DNA from: Alkanindiges illinoisensis DSM 15370
GTDB lineage: Bacteria; Pseudomonadota; Gammaproteobacteria; Pseudomonadales; Moraxellaceae
DNA: 32,000 nt
Reading direction: 5' to 3'
Assembly (NCBI RefSeq): GCF_000619845.1
Contig: NZ_JHUX01000004.1
Coordinates: 263,180-295,179 of the forward strand
A model generated the notes under the pieces. It was not told where the DNA came from. It was given only the letters and a program-made list of their open reading frames with translations, and ran no database searches. Of the stretch, positions 1 to 8,313 are shown piece by piece. Every line of letters starts with the position of its first letter. Within the stretch, counting starts at the first letter, position 1. A program made the position numbers and the translations under genes.

Positions 1-601
1 GGGAGCCGGGGCCAATCTGGGGGGTATTCACTGGGGCATGGCCACCGATCAGCAGCGCCTGTATGTGGCAGTCAGTGATGTGATGATCAATAAAATGAAT
101 GCCCTGTCTCTTGACCAGATCAACATGCCTTTTAGTGATACTGCAAATATCACCAGTTATCCCGGCAGTGCCCAATCGGGTGGCATGTCACTGGCGCCCA
201 ATGCCAAGCCCGGTATTTATGCGCTGGATATTGATCACGGCAACCTCCTGTGGGAGCAGCATCCCAGCCATATCGCCAGTGATGGCAACAGCTATCCTTC
301 GGCTTATTCGGCAGCAGTGGCCGTCACCAATGATGTAGTCTTTGCCGGTTCGCTGGATGGGGTGATGAAAGCCTTTCGCAGCAGTGATGGCAAGGAACTC
401 TGGTCATATAACACCGCCAAGCCGGTCAATGGGGTTAATGGCATCAGTGGTACTGGCGGCACCATTGATCAGGTGGGTGCGTATATTGGTGGCAATAATC
501 TGATTATTAATTCCGGTTACGACCAGTTTGGCGGCGCAAATACCTTACAGGCCGGGCCGGGTAACGCAATGTATGTATTCAGACTGGCAGGAACACGATA
601 A
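1..601 (+). CDS. PQQ-type beta-propeller dehydrogenase (polyvinyl-alcohol-dehydrogenase-like), C-terminal fragment; 5' end lies outside the window
   Basis: Frame 2 is open from the window edge (GAGANLGGIHWGMATDQQRLYVAVSD...) to TAA at 599-601. Blade-like motifs VFAGSLDGVMKAFRSSDGKELW and NSGYDQFGG resemble quinoprotein dehydrogenase C-termini. The listed ATG at 38 is internal. Confidence 0.6.
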   Translation, partial: GAGANLGGIHWGMATDQQRLYVAVSDVMINKMNALSLDQINMPFSDTANITSYPGSAQSGGMSLAPNAKPGIYALDIDHGNLLWEQHPSHIASDGNSYPSAYSAAVAVTNDVVFAGSLDGVMKAFRSSDGKELWSYNTAKPVNGVNGISGTGGTIDQVGAYIGGNNLIINSGYDQFGGANTLQAGPGNAMYVFRLAGTR

Positions 602-755
602 CCTCCGATTTTTGATGCGATTTATCATTAGCACCAGAATGCTTTACGCTGTGGTTTATTGGCAAAACCCATCAAATCACTGATTTTTTTCGAGCCTGTT
701 TTCGGCCCCTGTCTAACTCCCTGTGATAGACCGCTTGCTGCTTTAGGATTCTGTA

Positions 756-3065
756 ATGACTGACCTGCCGGTTTTACGCCTGTTACTCAATTTACGTCCC
801 ACCCCACAGTACCAGACCTCGCTGATCATTAAACCGTTAATTCCGCTAATCCTGCTGTGTCCTGCGCTGTCGGTAATGGCGGAGTCTGGTACACCTGATC
901 ATCAGCAGGCACAACAGCAGCAAACTGGCACATGGCCCAGCAATATTGCAGCAAGCAGTTCAGCCAGTGGCTTAACCAAGCAGACCCCAACCGCTACGGT
1001 GCTCCCTACTATTGTCGTCACCGCTATACGGAGTGGACGTGATGCTTTTGAATTGCCTGCCTCGGTAGACCGTATTGATACCAGTACTATTGCCAGTGCA
1101 GGGCCACGGGTTAACCTGTCTGAAGCTTTAGTGCGGGTGCCTGGTATTAGTGTGCTCAACCGGCAAAACTATGCGCAGGACCTGCAAATTTCCAGCCGTG
1201 GCTTTGGTGCACGCTCTACCTTTGGCGTGCGTGGTGTGCGCCTGTACACCGACGGTATACCCGCCACCATGCCGGATGGTCAGGGACAGGCCGCCAACTT
1301 TGACCTTGAAAGTGCCGAGCGGCTGGAAGTGTTGCGCGGGCCATTTTCTGCCCTTTATGGCAATGCTTCGGGTGGGGTGATTCAGCTATTTACCGAAAAT
1401 CCCCAGCCCGGCCAGAACCTTGAAGCCGGGGTATCGGCTGGTTCGGATGGCCTGCTGCGTGAAACACTCAAAAGCAGCGGCAAGTCGGGTGATTTAAGCC
1501 ATGTACTTAGCTTGTCCAACATGGAGATTGATGGCTATCGCGAGCATAGTGCGGCCAAGCGCCAGTTGCTCAATGCCAAGCTGGGCTATGACCTAAGCCC
1601 TGATTCTAGCCTGATGCTGCTATTCAATGCCTTACACATGCCGGAAGCACAGGACCCGCTGGGCCTGACCCGCAGTGATGTCAATGCCAACCCAAAAGCG
1701 GTGGCACAACCCGCGCTGGATTACAACACGCGAAAAAGCGTGGATCAAAACCAGCTGGGTGCCGTGTTTAAAGGCCGTATGGGTAGTGGTGACATTCAGA
1801 TTACCGCCTACGCAGGCACGCGTGACGTGCGCCAGTTCCAGTCTATTCCCGTTGCGCCACAAAACAATCCCAACCATGGCGGTGGCGTGATTGACCTTGA
1901 CCGCAATTATCAGGGTATGGATTTGCGCTATAGCACCGAACACAGCTTGCTGAACCAGCCGCTACGCCTGACTGCCGGCATCTCACTGGATCAGATGGAA
2001 GAAGAGCGCAAGGGTTTCCAGAATTTTCAGGTCAATAATGGTGTCACCACACTAGGCATACTGGGCGCGTTAAAACGCAATGAAACCAACACCGCCAGCA
2101 ATGTTGATCCTTATATTCAAGCCGAATGGGATGTTGACCCACAATGGATGCTGAGTGCTGGTTTGCGTAGCAGCCATGTGCGGTTTAAATCAAATGATCA
2201 TTATATGATTAATGGAACAACGCCAGCTAACAGCAATCCGGATGGCAATCCAGACGATAGTGGCTCACGCCAGTTTTCTGATTTAACCCCAGTTTTTGGT
2301 GCGCTGTACCGCTATTCACCTGATCTGAATCTGTATGCCACTGCCGGGCAAAGCTTTGAAACCCCTACCCTAAATGAAGTGGCGTACCGGAATAATGCGG
2401 TACAGACAGCCGGCTTGAATAACACGGTGCAAGCCAGTAGCGGCTGGCATTATGAAGCAGGCATCAAGGCCAGACTTGCTGAGCAACTACGTGTTAATGC
2501 CGCCCTGTTCCGTGCCGATGTGGATGATGAAATTGCAGTGCTCAGTAACAGTGCTGGCCGTTCGGTCTATCACAATGTAGGCAAAACCCGCAGGCAGGGC
2601 GCTGAACTGGCTATTGAAAGCCAGCCATTTGACAATTTGCGCTTGAATGCTGCCCTCACCTATCTGGACGCCAGCTACCGCAACCGCTTTAATTTGGGTT
2701 CCAGCGGTGATGCTGTTGCTGCGGGTAACCAGATTCCTGGCACCAGCAAAACCATGGCATTTTTTGAAGCCGAATGGGCCATTCAGCCTTATTTAAAAAC
2801 GGCACTGGAACTGCGCCATAGTGGCAAGATTTATGTGGATGACCGCAATAGCGATGCGGCTGACAGTTATACTATTGCCAGCTTGCGACTGGTGGCAGAA
2901 CACAGTTTTGGCCCTTATACCCTGCAAGGTCTGGCCCGGCTGGATAACCTCACTGACCGAAACTATATTGGCTCGGTGATTGTCAATGAATCGAATGGCC
3001 GTTTTTTTGAACCCGCACAAGGCCGCAACTGGCTACTGGGCCTTAAATTAAACCGGCAGTTTTAA
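756..3065 (+). CDS. TonB-dependent outer-membrane receptor, YncD/PqqU-like
   Basis: 769-aa ORF. Plug block: NLSEALVRVPGISVLNRQNYAQDLQISSRGFGARSTFGVRGVRLYTDGIPATMPDGQGQ...LRGPFSALYGNASGGV. C-terminus GSVIVNESNGRFFEPAQGRNWLLGLKLNRQF ends in the terminal Phe typical of TonB-dependent barrels. From memory these blocks closely match E. coli YncD (PqqU). Exact start is uncertain. Confidence 0.85.
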   Translation: MTDLPVLRLLLNLRPTPQYQTSLIIKPLIPLILLCPALSVMAESGTPDHQQAQQQQTGTWPSNIAASSSASGLTKQTPTATVLPTIVVTAIRSGRDAFELPASVDRIDTSTIASAGPRVNLSEALVRVPGISVLNRQNYAQDLQISSRGFGARSTFGVRGVRLYTDGIPATMPDGQGQAANFDLESAERLEVLRGPFSALYGNASGGVIQLFTENPQPGQNLEAGVSAGSDGLLRETLKSSGKSGDLSHVLSLSNMEIDGYREHSAAKRQLLNAKLGYDLSPDSSLMLLFNALHMPEAQDPLGLTRSDVNANPKAVAQPALDYNTRKSVDQNQLGAVFKGRMGSGDIQITAYAGTRDVRQFQSIPVAPQNNPNHGGGVIDLDRNYQGMDLRYSTEHSLLNQPLRLTAGISLDQMEEERKGFQNFQVNNGVTTLGILGALKRNETNTASNVDPYIQAEWDVDPQWMLSAGLRSSHVRFKSNDHYMINGTTPANSNPDGNPDDSGSRQFSDLTPVFGALYRYSPDLNLYATAGQSFETPTLNEVAYRNNAVQTAGLNNTVQASSGWHYEAGIKARLAEQLRVNAALFRADVDDEIAVLSNSAGRSVYHNVGKTRRQGAELAIESQPFDNLRLNAALTYLDASYRNRFNLGSSGDAVAAGNQIPGTSKTMAFFEAEWAIQPYLKTALELRHSGKIYVDDRNSDAADSYTIASLRLVAEHSFGPYTLQGLARLDNLTDRNYIGSVIVNESNGRFFEPAQGRNWLLGLKLNRQF

Positions 3066-3078
3066 GCCCGACAGATCA

Positions 3079-3128
3079 GGCTTCTTTCATTACATAAACT
3101 TGTAAAAAACCAGCCAATGAAAGAAGCC
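3079..3128. terminator. Perfect 13-bp inverted repeat between convergent genes (candidate bidirectional terminator)
   Basis: ggcttctttcatt (3079-3091) and aatgaaagaagcc (3116-3128) are exact reverse complements with a 24-nt A-rich loop. It lies between the receptor stop (3065) and the transporter stop (3172). There is no clean U-tract. Confidence 0.4.
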
Positions 3129-3171
3129 GATGGGCTTAGCTGCTGTTCACAGCACGAGCCTAGGCCCCGGC

Positions 3172-4539
3172 TTATAAATACATGGCAGCCAGCCAGCCAA
3201 AAAGCACCAGTGGAATATTAAAATGAATAAAGGTCGGCACCACAGTATCCCAAATGTGATCATGCTGGCCATCAACACCCAGACCCGCCGTTGGCCCAAG
3301 CGTGGAATCAGACGCCGGTGAGCCGGCATCACCCAGTGCAGCGGCTGTGCCAACCAGAGCAATGGTTGCCAGTGGTGAAAATCCAAACTGCACGCACAGC
3401 GGCACATAAATCATCACCAAAACCGGCACGCTGGAAAACGATGAGCCAATACCCACAGTGACAAACAGGCCAACTAGCAGCATCAGCAACGCGGCCAAAC
3501 CTTTGCTGGCCCCAATCAAATGCACCACGCTATTTACCAGTGAATCCACTTGTCCGGTCGCGGTCATCACCGAGGCAAAGCCTGCCGCAGCAATCATGAT
3601 AAAACCCACCAGTGCCATCATGCGCATGCCAGCCACAAACACATCATCGGCTTCCTGCCACTTAAAAATTCCGGCGGCTGACAGCACTGCGAAGCCCACC
3701 AGTCCGCCCAGAATCATCGAGCCGGAATACAACTGGGCAATTAATGTCAATACAATTGCAAGGCTTGCCATGATCAATGTGCGCGGCTTGATGGCAGGCA
3801 TGGCATGCGCTTCCTGCTCCAGTGTCTGCGCCATTTGTCCAAGGTCGTGTGATCCATCAACAGTCTGATACTGGCGTGGCTTGCGATACGACACAAATAC
3901 AGCCACCAGTGTACCAACTGTCATCCCAGCTACTGGAATTGCCATGGCCGCTGGCATCATCCAGCGCTCTACCTGCAAGCCATAAGCCGCGCCCACCTTA
4001 TTGATATTGCCCAGCAGCAATTCATTGAGAAAAATGGCACCAAAGCCCACTGGCAGCAGCATATAGGTGCCCACCAGTCCCAGCGTGAGCACACAAGCCG
4101 CAGCACGGCGATCTAGTTGCAGATAGTTGGTGACCTTGAGCAAGGGCGGCACCAGCACGGGAATAAAGGCAATATGCACCGGAATCAGATTTTGTGAAAA
4201 CACCGCAGCAATCCACAAAATGCCCAGCAATAAATATTTAATAAATTTTTGCCGATGAATAGACGCTTCATGTCCCAGCAGTCCCAGTAGCTGGTGTGCC
4301 AGCAAATCCGGCAAACCGGAACGTGACAACGCCAGTGCAAACGCACCCAGTACTGCATACGCCAGTGCCACTTGTGCGCCATCGCCCAAGCCCTTATTAA
4401 AGGCTTCGACAGTGCCTGCCAGTCCCAAGCCACCCACCAGCCCGCCCACAATGGCAGCAATCACCACCGCCAGCACCACGGAAAACCGCAGTAACGACAG
4501 CACAAACATGATAACAATGGCAAGGACAATGGCATTCAT
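3172..4539 (-). CDS. Na+/H+ antiporter (NhaC/YuiF-like) family membrane transporter
   Basis: 455-aa polytopic hydrophobic ORF. The N-terminus MNAIVLAIVIMFVLSLLRFSVVLAVVIAAIVGGLVGGLG and Gly-rich helices are typical of the NhaC C-terminal-domain / YuiF transporter family. Confidence 0.72.
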   Translation of the reverse strand: MNAIVLAIVIMFVLSLLRFSVVLAVVIAAIVGGLVGGLGLAGTVEAFNKGLGDGAQVALAYAVLGAFALALSRSGLPDLLAHQLLGLLGHEASIHRQKFIKYLLLGILWIAAVFSQNLIPVHIAFIPVLVPPLLKVTNYLQLDRRAAACVLTLGLVGTYMLLPVGFGAIFLNELLLGNINKVGAAYGLQVERWMMPAAMAIPVAGMTVGTLVAVFVSYRKPRQYQTVDGSHDLGQMAQTLEQEAHAMPAIKPRTLIMASLAIVLTLIAQLYSGSMILGGLVGFAVLSAAGIFKWQEADDVFVAGMRMMALVGFIMIAAAGFASVMTATGQVDSLVNSVVHLIGASKGLAALLMLLVGLFVTVGIGSSFSSVPVLVMIYVPLCVQFGFSPLATIALVGTAAALGDAGSPASDSTLGPTAGLGVDGQHDHIWDTVVPTFIHFNIPLVLFGWLAAMYL

Positions 4540-4624
4540 AAGACAGGCAAAGCGAAAAAAAGACGCGCATCTTAGCAGAAAAACAGCGGAATTATGGTTA
4601 AAAATTAGCCCATTCAGCCTAAAT

Positions 4625-4975
4625 TTACTTCCCTTTATGCGAACGCACAGTCACTTTTAAACCTGGCGGCTTGTTGGCAAACCATGCCGCAAAACGGGCA
4701 ATTTCTGGCTGGCCGCGTAAGTCTTCAATCGTATGATAATTTTGTGCCAATTCCTGATTACTGAGCACGGCATGCACCTGCGAATGGCAGGCACGACACA
4801 AACAGGCAATTTCAGTTTTCATGGCTTGTTTATCAAATTGCCGCTTGGTGCGTGCCTTGTTATGACGTGACTGTGGAATCAGGTGATGGCGGGTTAGCGG
4901 CAAATGCGTGCGCCCGCAAAGCTCACAGGCTGCTGCACTGGCAGCCATTTCCTGCTCATTCATCACCCGATCCAT
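4625..4975 (-). CDS. Small HNH-type zinc-finger nuclease-like protein
   Basis: 116 aa with CELCG...LTRHHLIP...CLCRACHSQVH, i.e. CxxC...HH...CxxCH, an HNH-like layout. GAGGA lies about 10 nt upstream of the ATG. It sits 33 bp downstream of the hydrolase stop on the same strand. Confidence 0.6.
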   Translation of the reverse strand: MDRVMNEQEMAASAAACELCGRTHLPLTRHHLIPQSRHNKARTKRQFDKQAMKTEIACLCRACHSQVHAVLSNQELAQNYHTIEDLRGQPEIARFAAWFANKPPGLKVTVRSHKGK

Positions 4976-5008
4976 AAATTACTTTTTCCTCATTTATCCT
5001 GAGTTTAT

Positions 5009-5890
5009 TTATGCCGGCAGCTTTGGATGAGCCAGCGCAAACTCGCGAATATAAGTTGCCACCACATCCGGCTTGCTTAAAATTGCCCAGTGGTTGGCAT
5101 TTAGCCGCTGCATGGTCAGGTCACTCACCCATTCCGGCAGGTATTGCATATAGGCTTCAGACACAAACGCATCTTTTTCCAAAATGATCACCTGCACCGG
5201 ACAATGTGCAATGCGCTCACGGGGCTGGCTAAGCCGCTCAATAAAATTGGCACGGTATAGGTTAATGCCGTAAATACCATCCGAGGTTTGGGTAGGGTTT
5301 TCCGGCAGGCCGGGCGTACGTTCCAGCTGGTCAACCACCCGGTGCCATTTCTTGCCCAGATATAAACGCCAGCTTAAGGGTGCCAGTAGTGGCAGGTGAA
5401 AACCGGCAATGTACCAGGACTTGCCTAACTGCTTTAAGGTTTGCAGCGGCATGCTTTTAAACTGCTTGCGCAGGGTGAATGCCGCATGATCCAGCGACGG
5501 GCCAGATAATGTGGTAAACGACAAAATACGTCCCTGCAAGGCTGGCGTCGTTACCGATTCCCAGCTTTGAATGGAGCCCCAGTCGTGCGCTGCCAGATGA
5601 AACTGGCGATTGGGCAGCAATTCATTGACCACAGCCACCAGATCCTGAGCCAGCAGTTCAATACGGTAATCGCGGGTATGCTTGGGAATGGTGGACTTGC
5701 CGGCCCCGCGCACATCATAGGCAATTACATAAAACTGGTCGGCCAGTTGCGTTGCAATCGATTCCCACACCGTGTGGCTGTCTGGATAACCATGAACCAG
5801 CACAAGGGGCGTGTTGTCCGGATTGCCCCAACTTGTGGCAAACAGGCGAATTCCATTTGCCGCTTCAATCCAGTGGCGCTGAGATGACAT
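5009..5890 (-). CDS. Alpha/beta-fold hydrolase (epoxide hydrolase / dehalogenase-like, HDWG Asp-nucleophile type)
   Basis: LVLVHGYPDSHTVWE and LAAHDWGS motifs. I place the start at ATG 5890 (MSSQRHWIEAANG...), preceded by GAGGT. The ORF-track extension to 5980 translates a tandem DNA repeat and is probably not coding. Confidence 0.8.
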   Translation of the reverse strand: MSSQRHWIEAANGIRLFATSWGNPDNTPLVLVHGYPDSHTVWESIATQLADQFYVIAYDVRGAGKSTIPKHTRDYRIELLAQDLVAVVNELLPNRQFHLAAHDWGSIQSWESVTTPALQGRILSFTTLSGPSLDHAAFTLRKQFKSMPLQTLKQLGKSWYIAGFHLPLLAPLSWRLYLGKKWHRVVDQLERTPGLPENPTQTSDGIYGINLYRANFIERLSQPRERIAHCPVQVIILEKDAFVSEAYMQYLPEWVSDLTMQRLNANHWAILSKPDVVATYIREFALAHPKLPA

Positions 5891-5928
5891 AATGACCTCG
5901 AAATAAATTTTTAACCTAATAACTTTAA

Positions 5929-5973
5929 AATAGGCAACTTTAGAATAGACAACTGTAGAATAACCAACAGTCC
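5929..5973. repeat. 15-bp tandem direct repeat, 3 copies, in a divergent promoter region
   Basis: aataggcaactttag / aatagacaactgtag / aataaccaacagtcc are contiguous, 40-85 bp upstream of the hydrolase start. Confidence 0.6.
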
Positions 5974-6251
5974 AGTGCAAAACAGGCCTACCCTAGCAAA
6001 AAATAACGGGTTTATGTTGTCAAAACAGGCCAATTCTTGCGTTTCAATACCAGACAATCAGATCAATTGGCCTCACAATTCATTTTTTCATGGTCGGCAA
6101 AAAACCATCATACTATACTGACACATGCATTTTTCTGTATCCTGACGCATCTGTTTGACTGTTAAAGTTAACTGACTTTTGTCGGGAATTTTAAAAACAG
6201 ACGACTGCTTTGCGGCTTTTTCACTTGCTTTAAAGTACTTCTTTTATTGTT

Positions 6252-6758
6252 ATGCTGCACATCCGAACCGCCACGCTCCATGATTTGCCATTAATTTCTA
6301 GTATTCAGGCCGCCTGTTATGCTGCTGAGTTTATAGAAAATAACATTGCGTTTGCCAGTAAACTGCAACAGGCAGCCCATACTTGCTGGCTAGCCTGCGT
6401 GGATCAAAAGGTGGTGGCTTATCTGATTTGCCTGCCAGTCAGTCCAGCTACTTTTCCGCAGCTAAATGCTACTGAATTTTGCCTTACACCAGATGCCACT
6501 ATGCTGTATTTGCATGACCTGGCAGTTCATCCCGATTACCGCACCAGTGGAGCCGGACGTCAGCTGGTGCAACATGCCAAGATGCAAGCTCGGCAAATGG
6601 GCTTTAACACCTTAAGCCTGATTGCCGTGCAGGATTCCAGCTCCTACTGGCAAAAACATGGCTTTGCAATCATTGATCCAGCCAGCCTCAATTTGCAGTA
6701 TAAAGTGGCCAGTTTTGGACAGGATGCCTGTCTGATGCAGCAGGTTTTAGCCGATTGA
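6252..6758 (+). CDS. GNAT family N-acetyltransferase
   Basis: 168 aa. N-terminus MLHIRTATLHDL and the acetyl-CoA-binding-like block LHDLAVHPDYRTSGAGRQLVQHA are typical of GNAT. Confidence 0.8.
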   Translation: MLHIRTATLHDLPLISSIQAACYAAEFIENNIAFASKLQQAAHTCWLACVDQKVVAYLICLPVSPATFPQLNATEFCLTPDATMLYLHDLAVHPDYRTSGAGRQLVQHAKMQARQMGFNTLSLIAVQDSSSYWQKHGFAIIDPASLNLQYKVASFGQDACLMQQVLAD

Positions 6759-6774
6759 TGAGCCTGTAAAAGCA

Positions 6775-6814
6775 AAAAAGCCTGCGCTAGTTAATAGTTA
6801 GTCACAGGCTTTTT
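6775..6814. terminator. Candidate bidirectional terminator hairpin
   Basis: aaaaagcctg (6775-6784) pairs with caggcttttt (6805-6814), with A/T runs on both flanks. It lies between the convergent GNAT and glycine-zipper genes. The loop is long (20 nt). Confidence 0.45.
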
Positions 6815-6845
6815 AAGCTTTAGTACAATAATGTGCTAAAGCATA

Positions 6846-7226
6846 TTAACGACGGTTTTGCTGGTATTCACTGGCCGCAGCACCGGCTGCGCCACCAACC
6901 GCAGCACCCACGGCTGCACCACTGGCACCACCATGACGCTCACCAACAATGGCACCAACCGCACTACCGATTGCACCAGCCACGCTGGTTTGAGTGCTGG
7001 CACCCGTTGCATTGGTGCCAAGGCCTGTACCTGCTGCTGCACCAATTGCACTACCGGTACGACCACCGGCTTTTTGTCCAACCGCTGCACCAGCCGCACC
7101 AGCCGCAGCCGCAGCCGCTACCCGATTCTGGCTTGGCGTTGCTGTTGCACAGGCACCCACCAGTAATGCACCAGCCAGTGTAGAACTTGCCAGCAATGCT
7201 TTGGTCATTTTGAAATTAATAGTCAT
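6846..7226 (-). CDS. Gly/Ala-rich glycine-zipper lipoprotein (OsmB / 17-kDa-antigen-like)
   Basis: AGGAG lies 6 nt upstream of ATG 7226. Signal peptide plus lipobox: MTINFKMTKALLASSTLAGALLVGAC. The rest is GxxxG/AxxxA repeats (GAAGAAVG, GAIGSAVGAIVG). Overlapping ORFs in other frames come from low-complexity GCN-rich sequence. Confidence 0.7.
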   Translation of the reverse strand: MTINFKMTKALLASSTLAGALLVGACATATPSQNRVAAAAAAGAAGAAVGQKAGGRTGSAIGAAAGTGLGTNATGASTQTSVAGAIGSAVGAIVGERHGGASGAAVGAAVGGAAGAAASEYQQNRR

Positions 7227-7463
7227 ATTTAACTCCTGCGTGTTATTGCCTCACAATTCGGCCACACGCCCATCAATTGAATTTTGTGTTGTAAGCGTAG
7301 GCTACTCCAAAGCTTTTTAGTTTTACGTAGTGCGTTATAAAGCAAATTAATAGAGTTTTGTATATTTGGTAAATGTGCAATTTGCCCGTATTTCAATGTC
7401 CTACTGTTCCTTTTGGGTGCTGATTGCTTTTATGATAGCCCTCCATACACATGCTTAACCTGA

Positions 7464-8270
7464 ATGCTTATGACCAGACAATTTGCCGTGGTGGGTAATC
7501 CCATCGAACACTCGCGCTCACCTGAGCTTCACCACGCATTTGCCAAGGCAACCGGCATTGACCTGAACTACAGCAGACGATTGGCACCACTGGATGGCTT
7601 TGCTGCCAATATCCAGGAATTTTTTAATCAGGGCGGTTCAGGCCTTAATGTCACGGTGCCCTTTAAGGAACAGGCCTATCAGTTGTGTGATGTGCTGACA
7701 CCACGCGCACAAGTGGCCCGTGCGGTGAATACCCTGTGGCAGCAAAATGGCCAGTTGCATGGGGACAATACCGATGGACAGGGACTGGTTGATGCACTCA
7801 ATGCACTGGGCTGGAAGCTGGAACAGGCAAACATTCTGATTCTGGGCGCCGGTGGAGCAACCCGTGGTGTGATGCTTCCACTGGCACAGGCCGGGGCAAG
7901 CCAGATTGTGGTGGCCAACCGCACCTTAAGCCGTGCCCAGCAATTGATTGACGACGTACAACCTTTTATCACTGGCACCAAATTATCAGCCATTAGTCTG
8001 GATCAGCTATCAGGCCAGTTTGACCTGATTATTAATGCCACCTCGGCCAGCTTAAGTGGTGAGTTGTTGTTGCTACCGCCAGAACTGCAATTTCAGCAGG
8101 CCTATGAGATGGCTTATGGCAAGCCATCCAGCTTTCTGGAACAGGCAGCCCAGCGTGGCGTGCCAACCAGCGATGGCTTTAGCATGCTGGTGGGACAGGC
8201 CATTGAAGCATTTTCGATCTGGAACGGCATCAAACCGCCCCTCAATGACTTTCTGTCATTGCAACATTGA
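7464..8270 (+). CDS. aroE: Shikimate dehydrogenase
   Basis: FAVVGNPIEHSRSPELH, LNVTVPFKE, NTDGQGL and GAGGATRGV motifs. The start may be ATG 7470 (MTRQFAVVGNP) rather than 7464. Confidence 0.9.
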   Translation: MLMTRQFAVVGNPIEHSRSPELHHAFAKATGIDLNYSRRLAPLDGFAANIQEFFNQGGSGLNVTVPFKEQAYQLCDVLTPRAQVARAVNTLWQQNGQLHGDNTDGQGLVDALNALGWKLEQANILILGAGGATRGVMLPLAQAGASQIVVANRTLSRAQQLIDDVQPFITGTKLSAISLDQLSGQFDLIINATSASLSGELLLLPPELQFQQAYEMAYGKPSSFLEQAAQRGVPTSDGFSMLVGQAIEAFSIWNGIKPPLNDFLSLQH

Positions 8271-8313
8271 GTGGCTATAAATCAGTGACTATAAATCCAG
8301 GTAACTGTAAACT

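Noticed and set aside
614-632. Fur-box-like sequence gatgcgatttatcattagc upstream of the TonB-dependent receptor
   Set aside because: By my count only 12 of 19 positions match the GATAATGATAATCATTATC consensus, mostly in one half. It lies about 125 bp from the start codon. That is too weak to call without a scoring matrix or conservation.
5891-5980. N-terminal extension of the hydrolase ORF (MHWTVGYSTVVYSKVAYFKVIRLKIYFEVI)
   Set aside because: It translates the 15-bp tandem DNA repeat. The internal ATG at 5890 has a GAGGT ribosome-binding site and gives a normal alpha/beta hydrolase N-terminus.
6252-6758. GNAT gene as the toxin of a GNAT/RHH toxin-antitoxin pair
   Set aside because: There is no small antitoxin ORF upstream or downstream. 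The 360-bp upstream region is non-coding, so this looks like an ordinary stand-alone acetyltransferase.
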